In this document: positions 1-11,211 of the stretch, piece after piece
Position numbering within the stretch: the first letter of the stretch is position 1
Layout of the letters: the number at the start of each line of letters is the position of its first letter
Origin: Candidatus Woesearchaeota archaeon
GTDB taxonomy: Archaea > Nanobdellota > Nanobdellia > Woesearchaeales > 21-14-0-10-32-9
Direction of reading: 5' to 3'
NCBI GenBank assembly: GCA_041660865.1
Contig: JBAZVO010000002.1
Span: 153,395 to 217,394 of the forward strand
DNA: 64,000 bases
Translations under genes and position numbers: made by a program
Notes under the pieces: model-generated
What the model was told of the DNA's origin: nothing
Databases searched by the model: none
The model's input: the letters and a program-made list of their open reading frames with translations, nothing else

Positions 1-2
1 TA

Positions 3-530
<528 letters not shown>

Positions 531-664
531 ATAACTTTTTTTTAATACTATTTTTGTTTTTTAAATTAACTTTATAATTTAATAATGTGACTTTGTAGAC
601 TGACGTTTTCTACAAAAAATCATAATGCACAAGTATTATATAACAAAGTAAACATAGTAACTTT

Positions 665-946
665 ATGAATAAAAACATATTTTTAATTGCATTAATTCCA
701 TTTATTTTCTTGTTTGCATTATCAATATTTTTTACATATCAAGATAATAGACCTACGGATAGAAGTTTGACCTTTGGATTTCCTCTCACAATGTATTCTC
801 AAACATTAAATAGAGGCTGTGAAATAAATCCTGAAGCTTGCGCGCCTAAAATAAATTATTTGTTTGCATTAATTAACATCGCAATAATATATTTAGTTAG
901 CTTGATGTTGATTTGGTTCTATAGAAAAACTAAACAGATGAGTTAA
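665..946 (+). CDS. Small hypothetical membrane protein (two hydrophobic segments)
   Basis: ATG-started 93-aa ORF with N- and C-terminal hydrophobic stretches. No recognisable family. Confidence 0.4.
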   Translation: MNKNIFLIALIPFIFLFALSIFFTYQDNRPTDRSLTFGFPLTMYSQTLNRGCEINPEACAPKINYLFALINIAIIYLVSLMLIWFYRKTKQMS

Positions 947-1082
947 ATATTAATTTCTTATTTTCTTGCCTTTCAAATACAAATAAAACCACAACTATTT
1001 TAATAAACCTAAAAAAATACTTAAAGAATAAACCTTAAATAAATATCTAAAGAAGAATTGATTAAAGAATTGATTAAAAAAA

Positions 1083-3059
1083 TTAGAATCTTACACTAAC
1101 AACATCTCTATCGAGTTTATCTTTTATTCTTAGAACTTTTTGTCGAAATTCTTCATCCATTGTCGCGTGTTGAATTTGTTGCAATAAATCAAGTATTTGT
1201 CGTATAAATCTTACGATATCGCCTTCAGGCATATTTGAATATTTCATTAAATCAATAAATTCACAACCCTCATACCACTCTGTTAAAAATGTTTCAAGTA
1301 AAAATATTTGATTTTTCTTAAAATAAACAAATAAATCTTTATTATCTGAGAGTTTTTTCATAATACTATTTGAGATGTTCTTCTTTTTTGTATCAAATCT
1401 AGTGTTCTTTTTTTCTTCAAAACTTATTCTTCCAACAAGAAGAAGAATTTCTTCCTCGGTAAATGATTTTGTTAGCATAGAACAAAATAAATCTGTAACA
1501 AGTAATTCTTGAGTATAAATTCTCATTGCGAAAAGTCCTTTTTCAGTTAAATCTGGTCCTTCTTTTGTATCAATTAAATATCCTGAACTATATAATTTAT
1601 TTTTCTTTTTTTCAAAACTCGCAATTATTTTAGCCATTCCTTGCTTTCCTACTTGTTGATATGAGAAAAAACTACTTCTAAGAATTATTTGTCTTTCTTT
1701 TTCTGTGTGATTTTTCATCAAATTAAGAATTGTATTGTATGATAATCTGAATTGCGATTTTAAAGATTCTTTATCAACGGTCGTTATTTCTTTTATTCTA
1801 TGTAAATCCGCTGATTGTCTATCAATTACACTTATTGAGAAACCTTCTTTATCAATTCCTCTTCTTCCTGCTCTTCCTGCAATTTGAAAATATTCTTTGC
1901 TATTAAGTGATCTAAAACTTATTCCGTCATATTTATCAAGAGAATCAAAACAAACGGTTTTCGCAGGCATGTTTATACCAACCGCGAAAGTTTCTGTTGC
2001 GAATAAAACTTTTATTAACCCTTTTGCAAAAAGCGTTTCTACCATTTCTTTTAAAACAGCAAGTATTCCTGCATGATGAAATCCTATTCCATGAGACAAA
2101 CATTCTCTTAATAATCTTGTTGTTTTAAGAGTTAAAACTGATGGATCGGTGTTTGAGAGTTTTTCTCTTACTATTTTTGAAACTTCAACTGCTTGTTCTG
2201 TTGTTAAATAATTTCTTTTTTGTTTTAACGACTCAGCTTTTTTCTCAGTTAAACTTCTTGAAAAACAAAAATAAATGCAAGGCAATTTACTTTCTCGTTC
2301 AAGAGTTTGTAAAAGATCTATATGAGATAATCTTTTTCTGTTTCTTAATTCGTCAAGATGTTGTTTTCTATTTTTAAAAGATTTATGAAACGAAGGATAT
2401 TTATCTAATTCTTTCCATTCAATTATTTGATCAATGGTTGCAAAACCATGTTCGTTATCATAAAATAAATGTGCGAGTGGAACTGCTCTTTTCTTTTCAA
2501 CAATAACATCAACAGGATGCTTTCGTATATGCTCTATCCAATTTGCAAATTGTTTCGCATTAGGTATTGTTGCTGAAAGACAAATAAATCTTGTATGACT
2601 TCGACTAAAAATTATACTCTCTTCCCAAACAGTTCCTCTTTCAGGATCTCCAAGAAAATGTATTTCATCGAAAATAACATAAACTAAATCATCAACGAAT
2701 GGATCATTTGCAATAAGCATATTTCTGTAAATTTCAGTTGTCATTATTAAAAGCGGAGCCTCGGGATTCATAGTAACGTCTCCCGTCATTATGCCCACAC
2801 TTTCAATACCATATTGCATTCTAAAATCAGAAAATTTTTGATTTGAAAGTGCTTTTATTGGAGCTGTATAAATAATTTTTTTGCCTTGTTTTAGATACTT
2901 ATCTATTACATAATCAGCAATTAATGTTTTTCCAGTTCCAGTTGCAGCGCTTACAACAACTGAATGATTATTCTCAATACTATTAATTGCTTCGATTTGA
3001 AATCTATCTAGTATAAAGTCTTTAAACTTGATAATACTTGCTTTATTTTCTTCGTTCAT
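1083..3059 (-). CDS. Ski2/HelY-like superfamily-2 RNA helicase
   Basis: Motif I AATGTGKT, motif II DEIH, motif III SAT, and QIAGRAGRRG (motif VI). The C-terminal MPEGDIVRFIRQILDLLQQI resembles the DSHCT tail of Ski2/Mtr4/HelY helicases. Confidence 0.8.
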   Translation of the reverse strand: MNEENKASIIKFKDFILDRFQIEAINSIENNHSVVVSAATGTGKTLIADYVIDKYLKQGKKIIYTAPIKALSNQKFSDFRMQYGIESVGIMTGDVTMNPEAPLLIMTTEIYRNMLIANDPFVDDLVYVIFDEIHFLGDPERGTVWEESIIFSRSHTRFICLSATIPNAKQFANWIEHIRKHPVDVIVEKKRAVPLAHLFYDNEHGFATIDQIIEWKELDKYPSFHKSFKNRKQHLDELRNRKRLSHIDLLQTLERESKLPCIYFCFSRSLTEKKAESLKQKRNYLTTEQAVEVSKIVREKLSNTDPSVLTLKTTRLLRECLSHGIGFHHAGILAVLKEMVETLFAKGLIKVLFATETFAVGINMPAKTVCFDSLDKYDGISFRSLNSKEYFQIAGRAGRRGIDKEGFSISVIDRQSADLHRIKEITTVDKESLKSQFRLSYNTILNLMKNHTEKERQIILRSSFFSYQQVGKQGMAKIIASFEKKKNKLYSSGYLIDTKEGPDLTEKGLFAMRIYTQELLVTDLFCSMLTKSFTEEEILLLVGRISFEEKKNTRFDTKKKNISNSIMKKLSDNKDLFVYFKKNQIFLLETFLTEWYEGCEFIDLMKYSNMPEGDIVRFIRQILDLLQQIQHATMDEEFRQKVLRIKDKLDRDVVSVRF

Positions 3060-3216
3060 GTTCTCTTATTAAAAACATAGGACATAGTATATAATTGTTT
3101 TTAATTTATATCCTTATTTACAAATTTAATCACGAATTTAATCACAAAGAGATTACTAGTCACATTTAAGCAAATTAACAGCAATAAATATAAACCTCCT
3201 ATTCATCCTATCTTAG

Positions 3217-4245
3217 ATGAAGGATAGCCACAAAGAAATTGAACTTAAAGGAACAGAAATTGAAGAACTTGATGAAACTTCAACTCATTTAAATCAATCT
3301 ATTTGGACTGAAAAATATAGACCTAGTGAATTTTCTGAAATTAAAGGTCAAGAAGAAATAGTTAAAAGAGTTAAAGCATTTGTTGAAACTCAAAATATGC
3401 CTCACATATTATTTTCGGGCCCACCAGGTGTTGGAAAAACTACACTTTCACTTGTAATTGTTAAACAAATGTTTAAAGATAACTGGAGAGAAAATTTTCT
3501 TGAACTTAACGCATCTGATGAAAGAGGAATAGATGTTGTTAGACAAAAAGTAAAAGACTTCGCAAGAACAAAATCCATGGGAAATGCACCATTTAAAATC
3601 ATATACTTAGATGAGTCGGATGCTTTAACAAAAGAAGCACAACAAGCACTTAGAAGAACTATGGAAAATTATACTCAAACAACAAGATTTATTTTATCTT
3701 GTAATTATAGCAGTAAAATTATTGATCCTATTCAAAGTCGATGTGCAGTATTCAAATTTAGACCTCTTTCCAAAAAAGATGTTTATGATATAATTGATCA
3801 CATATCTAAAAAAGAAGGTTTGAAAATAAGTGAAAAAGCAAAAGAAGCACTCTATTATGTTTCTGGCGGAGATTGTCGAAAACTTGAAAATCTGATGCAA
3901 AGCACAGCCTCAATGGGAAGTAAAATAGAAGAAGAAAATATTTATGCTATTGCAAGTTTTGCTGAACCTAAAGAAATAATTGAAGTTCTAGAAGCGTGCG
4001 TTAAAAGCGATTTTGAATTAGCAAAAAAGAAACTTCTTGATACAATGTTAAAACAAGGTCTTTCAGGTCTTGATGTTATTAGACAAATACAAAAAGAATG
4101 CTGGGGCGCAAAAGCTGATAATAATATAAAACTTCAAATGGTTAAAGAATGTGGAGAAGCTGAATTTAGAATGGTTGAAGGTAGCGATGAATTCATCCAA
4201 CTAGAAGCCCTTCTTGCAAAGTTTGTGCTGTTAAATGTGAAGTAA
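3217..4245 (+). CDS. rfcS: Replication factor C small subunit
   Basis: WTEKYRP (RFC box II), GPPGVGKT Walker A, IIYLDESD Walker B, and the QSRCAVFKF SRC motif. Length is 342 aa. Confidence 0.92.
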   Translation: MKDSHKEIELKGTEIEELDETSTHLNQSIWTEKYRPSEFSEIKGQEEIVKRVKAFVETQNMPHILFSGPPGVGKTTLSLVIVKQMFKDNWRENFLELNASDERGIDVVRQKVKDFARTKSMGNAPFKIIYLDESDALTKEAQQALRRTMENYTQTTRFILSCNYSSKIIDPIQSRCAVFKFRPLSKKDVYDIIDHISKKEGLKISEKAKEALYYVSGGDCRKLENLMQSTASMGSKIEEENIYAIASFAEPKEIIEVLEACVKSDFELAKKKLLDTMLKQGLSGLDVIRQIQKECWGAKADNNIKLQMVKECGEAEFRMVEGSDEFIQLEALLAKFVLLNVK

Positions 4246-4304
4246 GATTAATTATAAATATCTCAAACTGAAATATTTATATATATCATCGATAAAAATC
4301 TCTT

Positions 4305-5177
4305 ATGAAAATACTTGTTTTAGGCGCTGGCGCAATTGGCGTATATCTTGGAACTCTTCTTAATTCTAAAGGTAATGATGTGACTTTGGTTGGTAGAAAA
4401 AAACTCAAAAAACTTCATGAAACTTTACTTATTGATGATTCTTCTTATACTCTTCCAAAAAGAGCATATAAATTGCCAAATCATAAAAATTATGATATTA
4501 TATTTGTAACTTCAAAACTTTATGACTTAGAAAATAATCTAGAATCTATTAACACACATAAACTTTCTAGTAAATACTTAGTTAGCATTCAAAACGGCTT
4601 AGTTGATAATTCATTATATGAAAAATATATTCATTCTTTCAAATTTTGTACAGTTTCAGTTTTTGAAGGATTTAGACTTTTAGAAAATCAGCTATTTATT
4701 TCTAAATCAGAAACGGGTTGGAAAACTGATAATACTCAAAGTGGAAAAGAAATAGCTCTCCTTTTGAAACACTCAGGAATAAATTGCGCGACTGCAAAAG
4801 ACTTAGATCAAATAAAAGCTGAAAAAACAGTGATGAATTGCTCAGTTAATTTGCTCTCAGCCGTTGAAAAAAAAACATTCTATGAATTATGTAAAAATAA
4901 AGAAACTGCCAAAACAATCGATACTCTATTTAATGAAACATATGATATTATTAATAAAAAAGTCAAAATGAGACCGAAAGAAGAGTTAAGAAAATTACTC
5001 TATAGCACAATATCTAACATGAGACATTATTCTTCAACATATCAAGATGCCGTATCAAAACATAAAACTGAAGTTGATTTTTTAAATGGATTTGTATCTA
5101 ATTTAGGCAAAGAAGTAAACATATTAACTCCGTACAATAATCATCTTTTAGAAGAATTTAAGAAAAAATACAAATAA
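4305..5177 (+). CDS. Ketopantoate reductase (ApbA/PanE) family oxidoreductase
   Basis: N-terminal Rossmann motif MKILVLGAGAIGVYLG. Size and C-terminal helical region are typical of 2-dehydropantoate 2-reductase family proteins. Confidence 0.6.
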   Translation: MKILVLGAGAIGVYLGTLLNSKGNDVTLVGRKKLKKLHETLLIDDSSYTLPKRAYKLPNHKNYDIIFVTSKLYDLENNLESINTHKLSSKYLVSIQNGLVDNSLYEKYIHSFKFCTVSVFEGFRLLENQLFISKSETGWKTDNTQSGKEIALLLKHSGINCATAKDLDQIKAEKTVMNCSVNLLSAVEKKTFYELCKNKETAKTIDTLFNETYDIINKKVKMRPKEELRKLLYSTISNMRHYSSTYQDAVSKHKTEVDFLNGFVSNLGKEVNILTPYNNHLLEEFKKKYK

Positions 5178-5263
5178 CGATTAAAATATTACTTTCTAAA
5201 AAAATTCTATAAGAAAAAATACAAATCAATAAAAAAGAATTAATAAAAATAAAAAAATAATTC

Positions 5264-6208
5264 TTACTCAGGTGAGTGCTCTATAAGTATAGATGTGTCA
5301 ACAAACTTAAAGTAAGCATATGCCAATTTTATGTTAAATGGTTGTATTCTATTGTTTCTATTAACATATGTAACAGTACAACTTACATCTCGTGCTTGAC
5401 CTGGAACAAGAGTTATATATCCTGCATTTGATGTTCCGCCAGATAAACCAACACATTTTACTGAATCAATTGTACTCGCTCCTAAATCAGATACACTAAC
5501 AAATACTTTATTCTCATTTGAAGTTATTCTTTCACATTCACTATCTGATTTGTATATTTCTCCATTATCCATATTTTGTACAGTAAATGTAAATCTTGTT
5601 TTATCAGCGCCGGCAGTTGATTGTTTCAAACTAGTTATTTGAACAGGTCCTCCTGATGTTGATAATGATCTATCAGCATTTACTTGACATAAATCATCTA
5701 CTTTATTTGAATTAAAGTTTTCTTTTACACATAATTCAGCAGCAGCTTGAGTTTCATATTCATAACAAATATCTGCTCTTATAGGAAATGTTCTTGATGC
5801 AACTTCTACATCTTGATAATTAAATCCTGGAAATGTTACAGATACAACTGGCGGAGCAATTACTGTTCCATCAGGATTTTTTATATTCGCGTCTATTTTT
5901 TCAGGAGGTGATTTTTTAAGTGTTGCTATTGTTTGATCAAATGACTCAGGTGGAAATCCGCTTAATTTTACATAAACATCTTCAATTGCAACAGCATATT
6001 CTCCTCCATTTGTAATATCAACTATGACATCAAATTCTTGTTGTTTATTATCAGGAGTTGATGCAGGTGGCGCATTTGCATAAAATGCTATGTCAAGTCC
6101 TTTTACTCCACCAATAAATCCTGTGGATCCGTTGTTTGTTGTTGTGGTTGAACATGCAGCCACAAACATTGCTATCAATAAAAGCAAAGCGAGTATTGCC
6201 TTTCTCAT
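5264..6208 (-). CDS. Secreted lipoprotein-like protein, paralog family member (314 aa)
   Basis: Signal peptide MRKAILALLLLIAMFVAACS with a lipobox-like Cys. Shares ICYEYET...C...C...SGGPVQITSL and a terminal Y-x-Y beta-hairpin with the three upstream gene products. Confidence 0.7.
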   Translation of the reverse strand: MRKAILALLLLIAMFVAACSTTTTNNGSTGFIGGVKGLDIAFYANAPPASTPDNKQQEFDVIVDITNGGEYAVAIEDVYVKLSGFPPESFDQTIATLKKSPPEKIDANIKNPDGTVIAPPVVSVTFPGFNYQDVEVASRTFPIRADICYEYETQAAAELCVKENFNSNKVDDLCQVNADRSLSTSGGPVQITSLKQSTAGADKTRFTFTVQNMDNGEIYKSDSECERITSNENKVFVSVSDLGASTIDSVKCVGLSGGTSNAGYITLVPGQARDVSCTVTYVNRNNRIQPFNIKLAYAYFKFVDTSILIEHSPE

Positions 6209-6305
6209 TTTCGTTACCTCCTCAAATAATATGTATCATATTATCTTTATTTAATATATTTTTAACTATTTTATTATTTAATTTAATATTATTAATTTAA
6301 TATTT

Positions 6306-7616
6306 TTAATTTAATTTTCTTATTGTTAATTGCTGTGAAATAGTTTCTTCATAACCATACCATAATTCCATTCTTAATGGTATAGCATACGCGCTACCTA
6401 CATTATCAGCATCACTCATATCATATCTGCAAATAAATCTTGCATCTTTGGTTGTCGGATCAAGTCTTATTCTATAATAATTCGTACAATCAAGAGCTTT
6501 TGTTCCTATGTATGCATATCCTATGTAAACTGTATTTAACATGTTCGCTTTTACACTTCCAGGCATATAAGGACTACAACTCTCCATATATCCTGCATCC
6601 CAAACAGTTCCGGGGCCTATATTTTTTATTGTTATATCAAGAACAACTTCTTTTCCTGTATTTGTTTGTTGAAGTCTTGTAACAGCTACAGGTGCGCCTT
6701 GACTTCCGCCCCAAGTATAAGTTGAAGATGTACAAACTTTTTTCTCAGTTGAAAATGGATCAGGATCAATACAAATCATAGGACTTACAAAAGTTGTATA
6801 ACCATAACATGATTTTAATTGATAAGGTATTCTAAAATAATCTTGTCCTGCAGGCCAAGGTGCAATCATTTGAACTTGAAATGTTTTGAAATCTATATCT
6901 CCTCCTGGAGATACGGCATTATCACCTTTAAGAGTAAATGTACTTCCACCTATGGCTTCAAAATTCAATGAACTAATAACCATCATTAATGATCTACCAT
7001 AATTCATTACTCCAAAATCAGTTCCTATTCCGAAGTTCAAAATACCTTCATCATTCCATGCAATTTGAAGACTGCTAAGAGGAATATTCCATCCAAAACT
7101 TTTTGCTAAAGTCTCAATTGATTGAGCACCAATATTTAATCTTGTTGTTCCTCCAAATTGACTATATGAACTTCCAAGACAACCAAATAAGAAATTCCAA
7201 TTTCCGACTTCGTTATCTAAACTCATGACATCAAAAAAACAAGAACCATGATTTTTATTTATATTAACACAATTTTTTGATGTTGATGATACTTCACATA
7301 TTTTAAACATATCACCACTAAAACCTGATAAGAATACGGCGCCATAAGAATCTGATGCGCCATCATTTTTTAATCGAACATTAAAATCCATTGTATTTCC
7401 ATCTAGATTTGCCAAATCAGAAGATCTATAATAAAATGTTGATTGAGGATTATCAAGATACATCATAACTCCTCTTGAGCCTGTGTAAAATCTACAACTA
7501 TCTCCTTCGCTGCATTTACCTCTATTATCTCCTGAAAAACCTGAACAACCAGCAACAACTAGAGTTACAAGTAATAAAATCACTAGAACTGAACCCTTTA
7601 CAATGGACTTTCTCAT
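6306..7616 (-). CDS. Secreted lipoprotein-like protein, paralog family member (436 aa)
   Basis: Signal peptide ending VVAGCSG. Contains the motif SCYGYTTFVSPMICIDPDPF...VCTSSTYTWGGSQGAPVAVTRL and ends LRMELWYGYEETISQQLTIRK. Confidence 0.7.
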   Translation of the reverse strand: MRKSIVKGSVLVILLLVTLVVAGCSGFSGDNRGKCSEGDSCRFYTGSRGVMMYLDNPQSTFYYRSSDLANLDGNTMDFNVRLKNDGASDSYGAVFLSGFSGDMFKICEVSSTSKNCVNINKNHGSCFFDVMSLDNEVGNWNFLFGCLGSSYSQFGGTTRLNIGAQSIETLAKSFGWNIPLSSLQIAWNDEGILNFGIGTDFGVMNYGRSLMMVISSLNFEAIGGSTFTLKGDNAVSPGGDIDFKTFQVQMIAPWPAGQDYFRIPYQLKSCYGYTTFVSPMICIDPDPFSTEKKVCTSSTYTWGGSQGAPVAVTRLQQTNTGKEVVLDITIKNIGPGTVWDAGYMESCSPYMPGSVKANMLNTVYIGYAYIGTKALDCTNYYRIRLDPTTKDARFICRYDMSDADNVGSAYAIPLRMELWYGYEETISQQLTIRKLN

Positions 7617-7749
7617 TCTGCACCCTCTTAATTATCCTCTTTTTAATTAATATATAAACTTTTGTCTTCTTTCGTTAATATTTAATCAATATTAGTTATT
7701 TAAATATGATATTTAAATTAGTAAATTATTAAATTTTATTTTATTTAAA

Positions 7750-8847
7750 TTATGATACCCTCATAATTCTAACATCCCTTATAGTTGTTACTTTATAAAA
7801 ATATTCTGCTTCCAATTTTAATGGAAGCTCATAATTTCTATTTAATTCAAATTGACTCGGAACATCTTTTTCATCTATCCAACATCTGACACTTCCTTCA
7901 TTTGAATACATTTTTATTTCAGGTCTCGCGCATGTTAAAGGAATATTTCCAAGCATCGCGCTTATTCTTATGGCTTCACCTTTAGACGCAGGTCCCTCAG
8001 TACATGGATTTTCTATTTCATTTGACGCAAGTATTACTCCATTTTCAGCATTTTGAAAATAAATTCTAAAATTAGGCCTTAATATAATACTTTCACCTTC
8101 TTCTATTCCTTGACCTATACCTTCAAGGCCTCCTGAAGAATTTACAATAGGAACAGACCTTGTAATCGGATCAGTTACAACCCCTACAGGAATCATATCT
8201 ACATCCATTTTATTAACAATTACAGGTGCACCTTGACCTGAATATGTATAAGTGTTTTTATTTTTACAAATAGGAGTTTTTTCAAGCCCGTATAAATCTG
8301 AATCTATACATATACTTTCAGCAAAGTATGTTTTATATTGATAACAAGCACTTATTTCAATTCTAGTTGTGGGCGTTTCTCTTGTTCCGAGTATTTTATT
8401 TGCTTTTAGAGATACAATAGGAATTATTGTTTTTTCACCTATTGGCCAAACTGTTGATTTACCTGAAAGATATAAGGACATATACTCATCTTTAGCAAAT
8501 ATAGAATCTGTAGGTTTGCCTAAAATTTCCAAATAAACATCATCTACATTAATTGAAATCATTATAGGTTCATCATACATTTTTTTATCAGGAGTAAACG
8601 CGCCTTTATTCCATATTTCTGCAAGAATTAACATTTCTGATGATTCATAAATTTCTAACGGAGGATTGTTTTTTGTGAATTGAACAGTAACTCCTTGAGT
8701 TCCTGTATATATATTAACAGGCCCAACAGGATTATTTCCTGAGCAACTTGCAATAAATAAAGAACTTAAAATTAACACGAAAATCATACAACTTCTAAAT
8801 ATTATTCTGAATATTGAATTTTGATTTGATAAATTTAATTTGCTCAT
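7750..8847 (-). CDS. Secreted lipoprotein-like protein, paralog family member (365 aa)
   Basis: Signal peptide ending FIASCSG. Contains the motif SACYQYKTYFAESICIDSDLYG...ICKNKNTYTYSGQGAPVIVNKM. Its start overlaps the upstream stop by 1 nt (TAATG). Confidence 0.7.
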   Translation of the reverse strand: MSKLNLSNQNSIFRIIFRSCMIFVLILSSLFIASCSGNNPVGPVNIYTGTQGVTVQFTKNNPPLEIYESSEMLILAEIWNKGAFTPDKKMYDEPIMISINVDDVYLEILGKPTDSIFAKDEYMSLYLSGKSTVWPIGEKTIIPIVSLKANKILGTRETPTTRIEISACYQYKTYFAESICIDSDLYGLEKTPICKNKNTYTYSGQGAPVIVNKMDVDMIPVGVVTDPITRSVPIVNSSGGLEGIGQGIEEGESIILRPNFRIYFQNAENGVILASNEIENPCTEGPASKGEAIRISAMLGNIPLTCARPEIKMYSNEGSVRCWIDEKDVPSQFELNRNYELPLKLEAEYFYKVTTIRDVRIMRVS

Positions 8848-11189
8848 TATTGTGCTCCAGGTGTTTTTTGTACAGTTAATGGTATTTGTTTTGTTAATTT
8901 ATAATCATAATGAACAGTTCCAACTATTGATGTTATTGCAGGCGTATTAGCGCCTGGAATTATTTGAGATACTTTTTCTTTAGATATTTCAACATTACAA
9001 TTTAAAGTCATAAATGAACCTGAAAGGTTTAAATTTTGATTTGTGTTTTTAAATGTATAAATTTTATATCCTGGAACTAATTCATCATTAACTATTGTCG
9101 GTTCAACAGGCGCAGTACATTTATTGACAGTAAAATAATTAGGCATTCTAAGAGTATAATTATGCACTCTTACAACTTCGCCTTTAGCACCATTAACAGA
9201 TGGTTTATCATCAATAGTCATACCTAAAGGTAAATAATTATTTGATTCAGAACTTATCGCGAATGGCATTTCAAGTGCATCATCCATTCCAATCATCACA
9301 GGTCCGCTTGTGTATATTGTTTTTGTTTTTTGAGGAATTCCGAGTTTAATTACTGGATTTTCGCCGCTAGTTCTTAAGTATACTAAGTAATTTCTATCAA
9401 TAAAGAAATAAGGTTTATATGCCCATGTTTCGAATTCGAATTCTAATTTTAAAAATATTTGATATCGACCTGCAGGAAGTAAACCCTCTCCAGTACCTAT
9501 TCCGTCATTTCCAGGTTTTTCAAAAGTACAAATAACTCCTCTTTGATCTTCTATGTATATATTTTCAAGTATTGGCGGATCCGTTACTCCTTGATATATT
9601 ACTGATTTATTAGTTGTGCTTTGAGCATAACAAGATGTTTTTATTGTTACATTATCAACAAAACTTCTAGCCCTTACATATCCATATGCAACAACAGGCA
9701 TAGAATCATATTGGGTTCCTGTTAAATGAAAATCAGTAATAAAAACACCAGTATTCACAGTGTTTTGTTCTACTTGCCCCGTATAATACGAACTCATAGT
9801 ATCGTTTTTCCAAGCCTTATAATCGCCTTTGAGATCTTTACCTATTCCATTTATTGCATCAATTCCATTTTTCCAAGTAACACTTACAAATTCAGTAAAT
9901 ATTTCAACTGATGCTGTAGGATTAAATCCTGTATCTTCGGAGCCTGGAATTATTGATACACTTGGTACAACTATCGTTGACATTAACCAAAAAATAAAAA
10001 ACAATGCTAGCAAGATAAAATAAGCACCAACCCATTTAGATGGTCTTAATAATATTTTAAGAAGTCCTTTAGAGGATGCTTTTCCACTAGAATAATCTAA
10101 ATTTATTCCTAAATAATACTTTAAGTAAATTAACCAAACTGGGATTGCTAAAAATATTGTTCCTATTATATTTTTAACATTGGTTGTGACATCAAGCGCA
10201 TTTAACCCATTTGAAAGTATTGGAATTAAAAAAACAGGAATAAATGAAACTACACAAAAGAACGTTAATAACCCAAAAAAAATATTAACATTTAATACTA
10301 TGCATGCAAACATACTTAAAAGTAAATATGCCATTACTCGATTAATCATAACAGATTGTGACATTGAAAAATTCCATATGAATGCATCAACTAAATGAAC
10401 AATTATTGCGAATAAAAAAAGCGATTCAATTAAAAATTGTTTATGAAATTCGCCATTAGATAAATCTTCTATTTTATCTTTTAATTTTTTATTACCATTA
10501 GAAAATATTGAGCCTGCAGCCTTAAAAAAGCCACCTATTTTTGAAGGTCTTCGAGAAGAGTTGGAATTAGTCGAATTGGAATTGTTAAAATTAGAATTAT
10601 TGAAATTATTATTTTGCCACCCTGCATTCGCTGAAGATTCATCTCTTTGAGAGTTAAACTCATTATTTGTAGAATTTCTAGAAGACGCAGGTCTTTGTGA
10701 AAATGCGGGACCACGAGTTCTACGAACTTGAGAATTTCCAACTAAGCCAGTGGAATTTTGATTAGGTATTTCTTCAAATGGAGTATCTTCAGCTATTGCT
10801 GAAAGATTAAGTTTTGTTCTAGATTCAGATTTATCTTTCTCACTTATAACTCTCATATTACTTTGCTTTTTTTTAATATCTTGTTCGATAACTTGAGAAG
10901 CAATTACGCCTTCTGGTCCCGCCATATTAGCAGCAGCTGCAAGTTGTTGCTCTTTAGCAATTTCTTTTTCTATTTTTTCAACTTTTTCAACTTCTTTTTT
11001 TAATTTATCACGTATTTTTTTCCAGTCCTTTAATTGATCTTCCAAAGACTTGATTTTATTTTGTTGAGCTAGTTTATTATCAGAATCTGACATAGAATTT
11101 AATTTTTCTTTTTCAGCGTTTAAATTATTAGAAATGGTATCCACTATTAATATGGCATAATTGTAATTCTTCTTAACATCTCCACCCAT
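8847..11189 (-). CDS. Large membrane protein: N-terminal coiled coil, Asn/Ser low-complexity linker, polytopic TM block, C-terminal ectodomain related to the downstream lipoproteins
   Basis: 780-aa ORF. The N-terminal heptad-like K/E-rich region is SLEDQLKDWKKIRDKLKKEVEKVEKIEKEIAKEQ. The linker runs NNNFNNSNFNNSNSTNSNSS. About 6-7 hydrophobic helices span roughly aa 250-410. The ectodomain has FEFETWAYKPYFFID...IYTSGPVMIGMDD and terminal HYDYKLTKQIPLTVQK. Confidence 0.7.
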   Translation of the reverse strand: MGGDVKKNYNYAILIVDTISNNLNAEKEKLNSMSDSDNKLAQQNKIKSLEDQLKDWKKIRDKLKKEVEKVEKIEKEIAKEQQLAAAANMAGPEGVIASQVIEQDIKKKQSNMRVISEKDKSESRTKLNLSAIAEDTPFEEIPNQNSTGLVGNSQVRRTRGPAFSQRPASSRNSTNNEFNSQRDESSANAGWQNNNFNNSNFNNSNSTNSNSSRRPSKIGGFFKAAGSIFSNGNKKLKDKIEDLSNGEFHKQFLIESLFLFAIIVHLVDAFIWNFSMSQSVMINRVMAYLLLSMFACIVLNVNIFFGLLTFFCVVSFIPVFLIPILSNGLNALDVTTNVKNIIGTIFLAIPVWLIYLKYYLGINLDYSSGKASSKGLLKILLRPSKWVGAYFILLALFFIFWLMSTIVVPSVSIIPGSEDTGFNPTASVEIFTEFVSVTWKNGIDAINGIGKDLKGDYKAWKNDTMSSYYTGQVEQNTVNTGVFITDFHLTGTQYDSMPVVAYGYVRARSFVDNVTIKTSCYAQSTTNKSVIYQGVTDPPILENIYIEDQRGVICTFEKPGNDGIGTGEGLLPAGRYQIFLKLEFEFETWAYKPYFFIDRNYLVYLRTSGENPVIKLGIPQKTKTIYTSGPVMIGMDDALEMPFAISSESNNYLPLGMTIDDKPSVNGAKGEVVRVHNYTLRMPNYFTVNKCTAPVEPTIVNDELVPGYKIYTFKNTNQNLNLSGSFMTLNCNVEISKEKVSQIIPGANTPAITSIVGTVHYDYKLTKQIPLTVQKTPGAQ

Positions 11190-11211
11190 CTTTTTTACAC
11201 CAAGACTTTAA

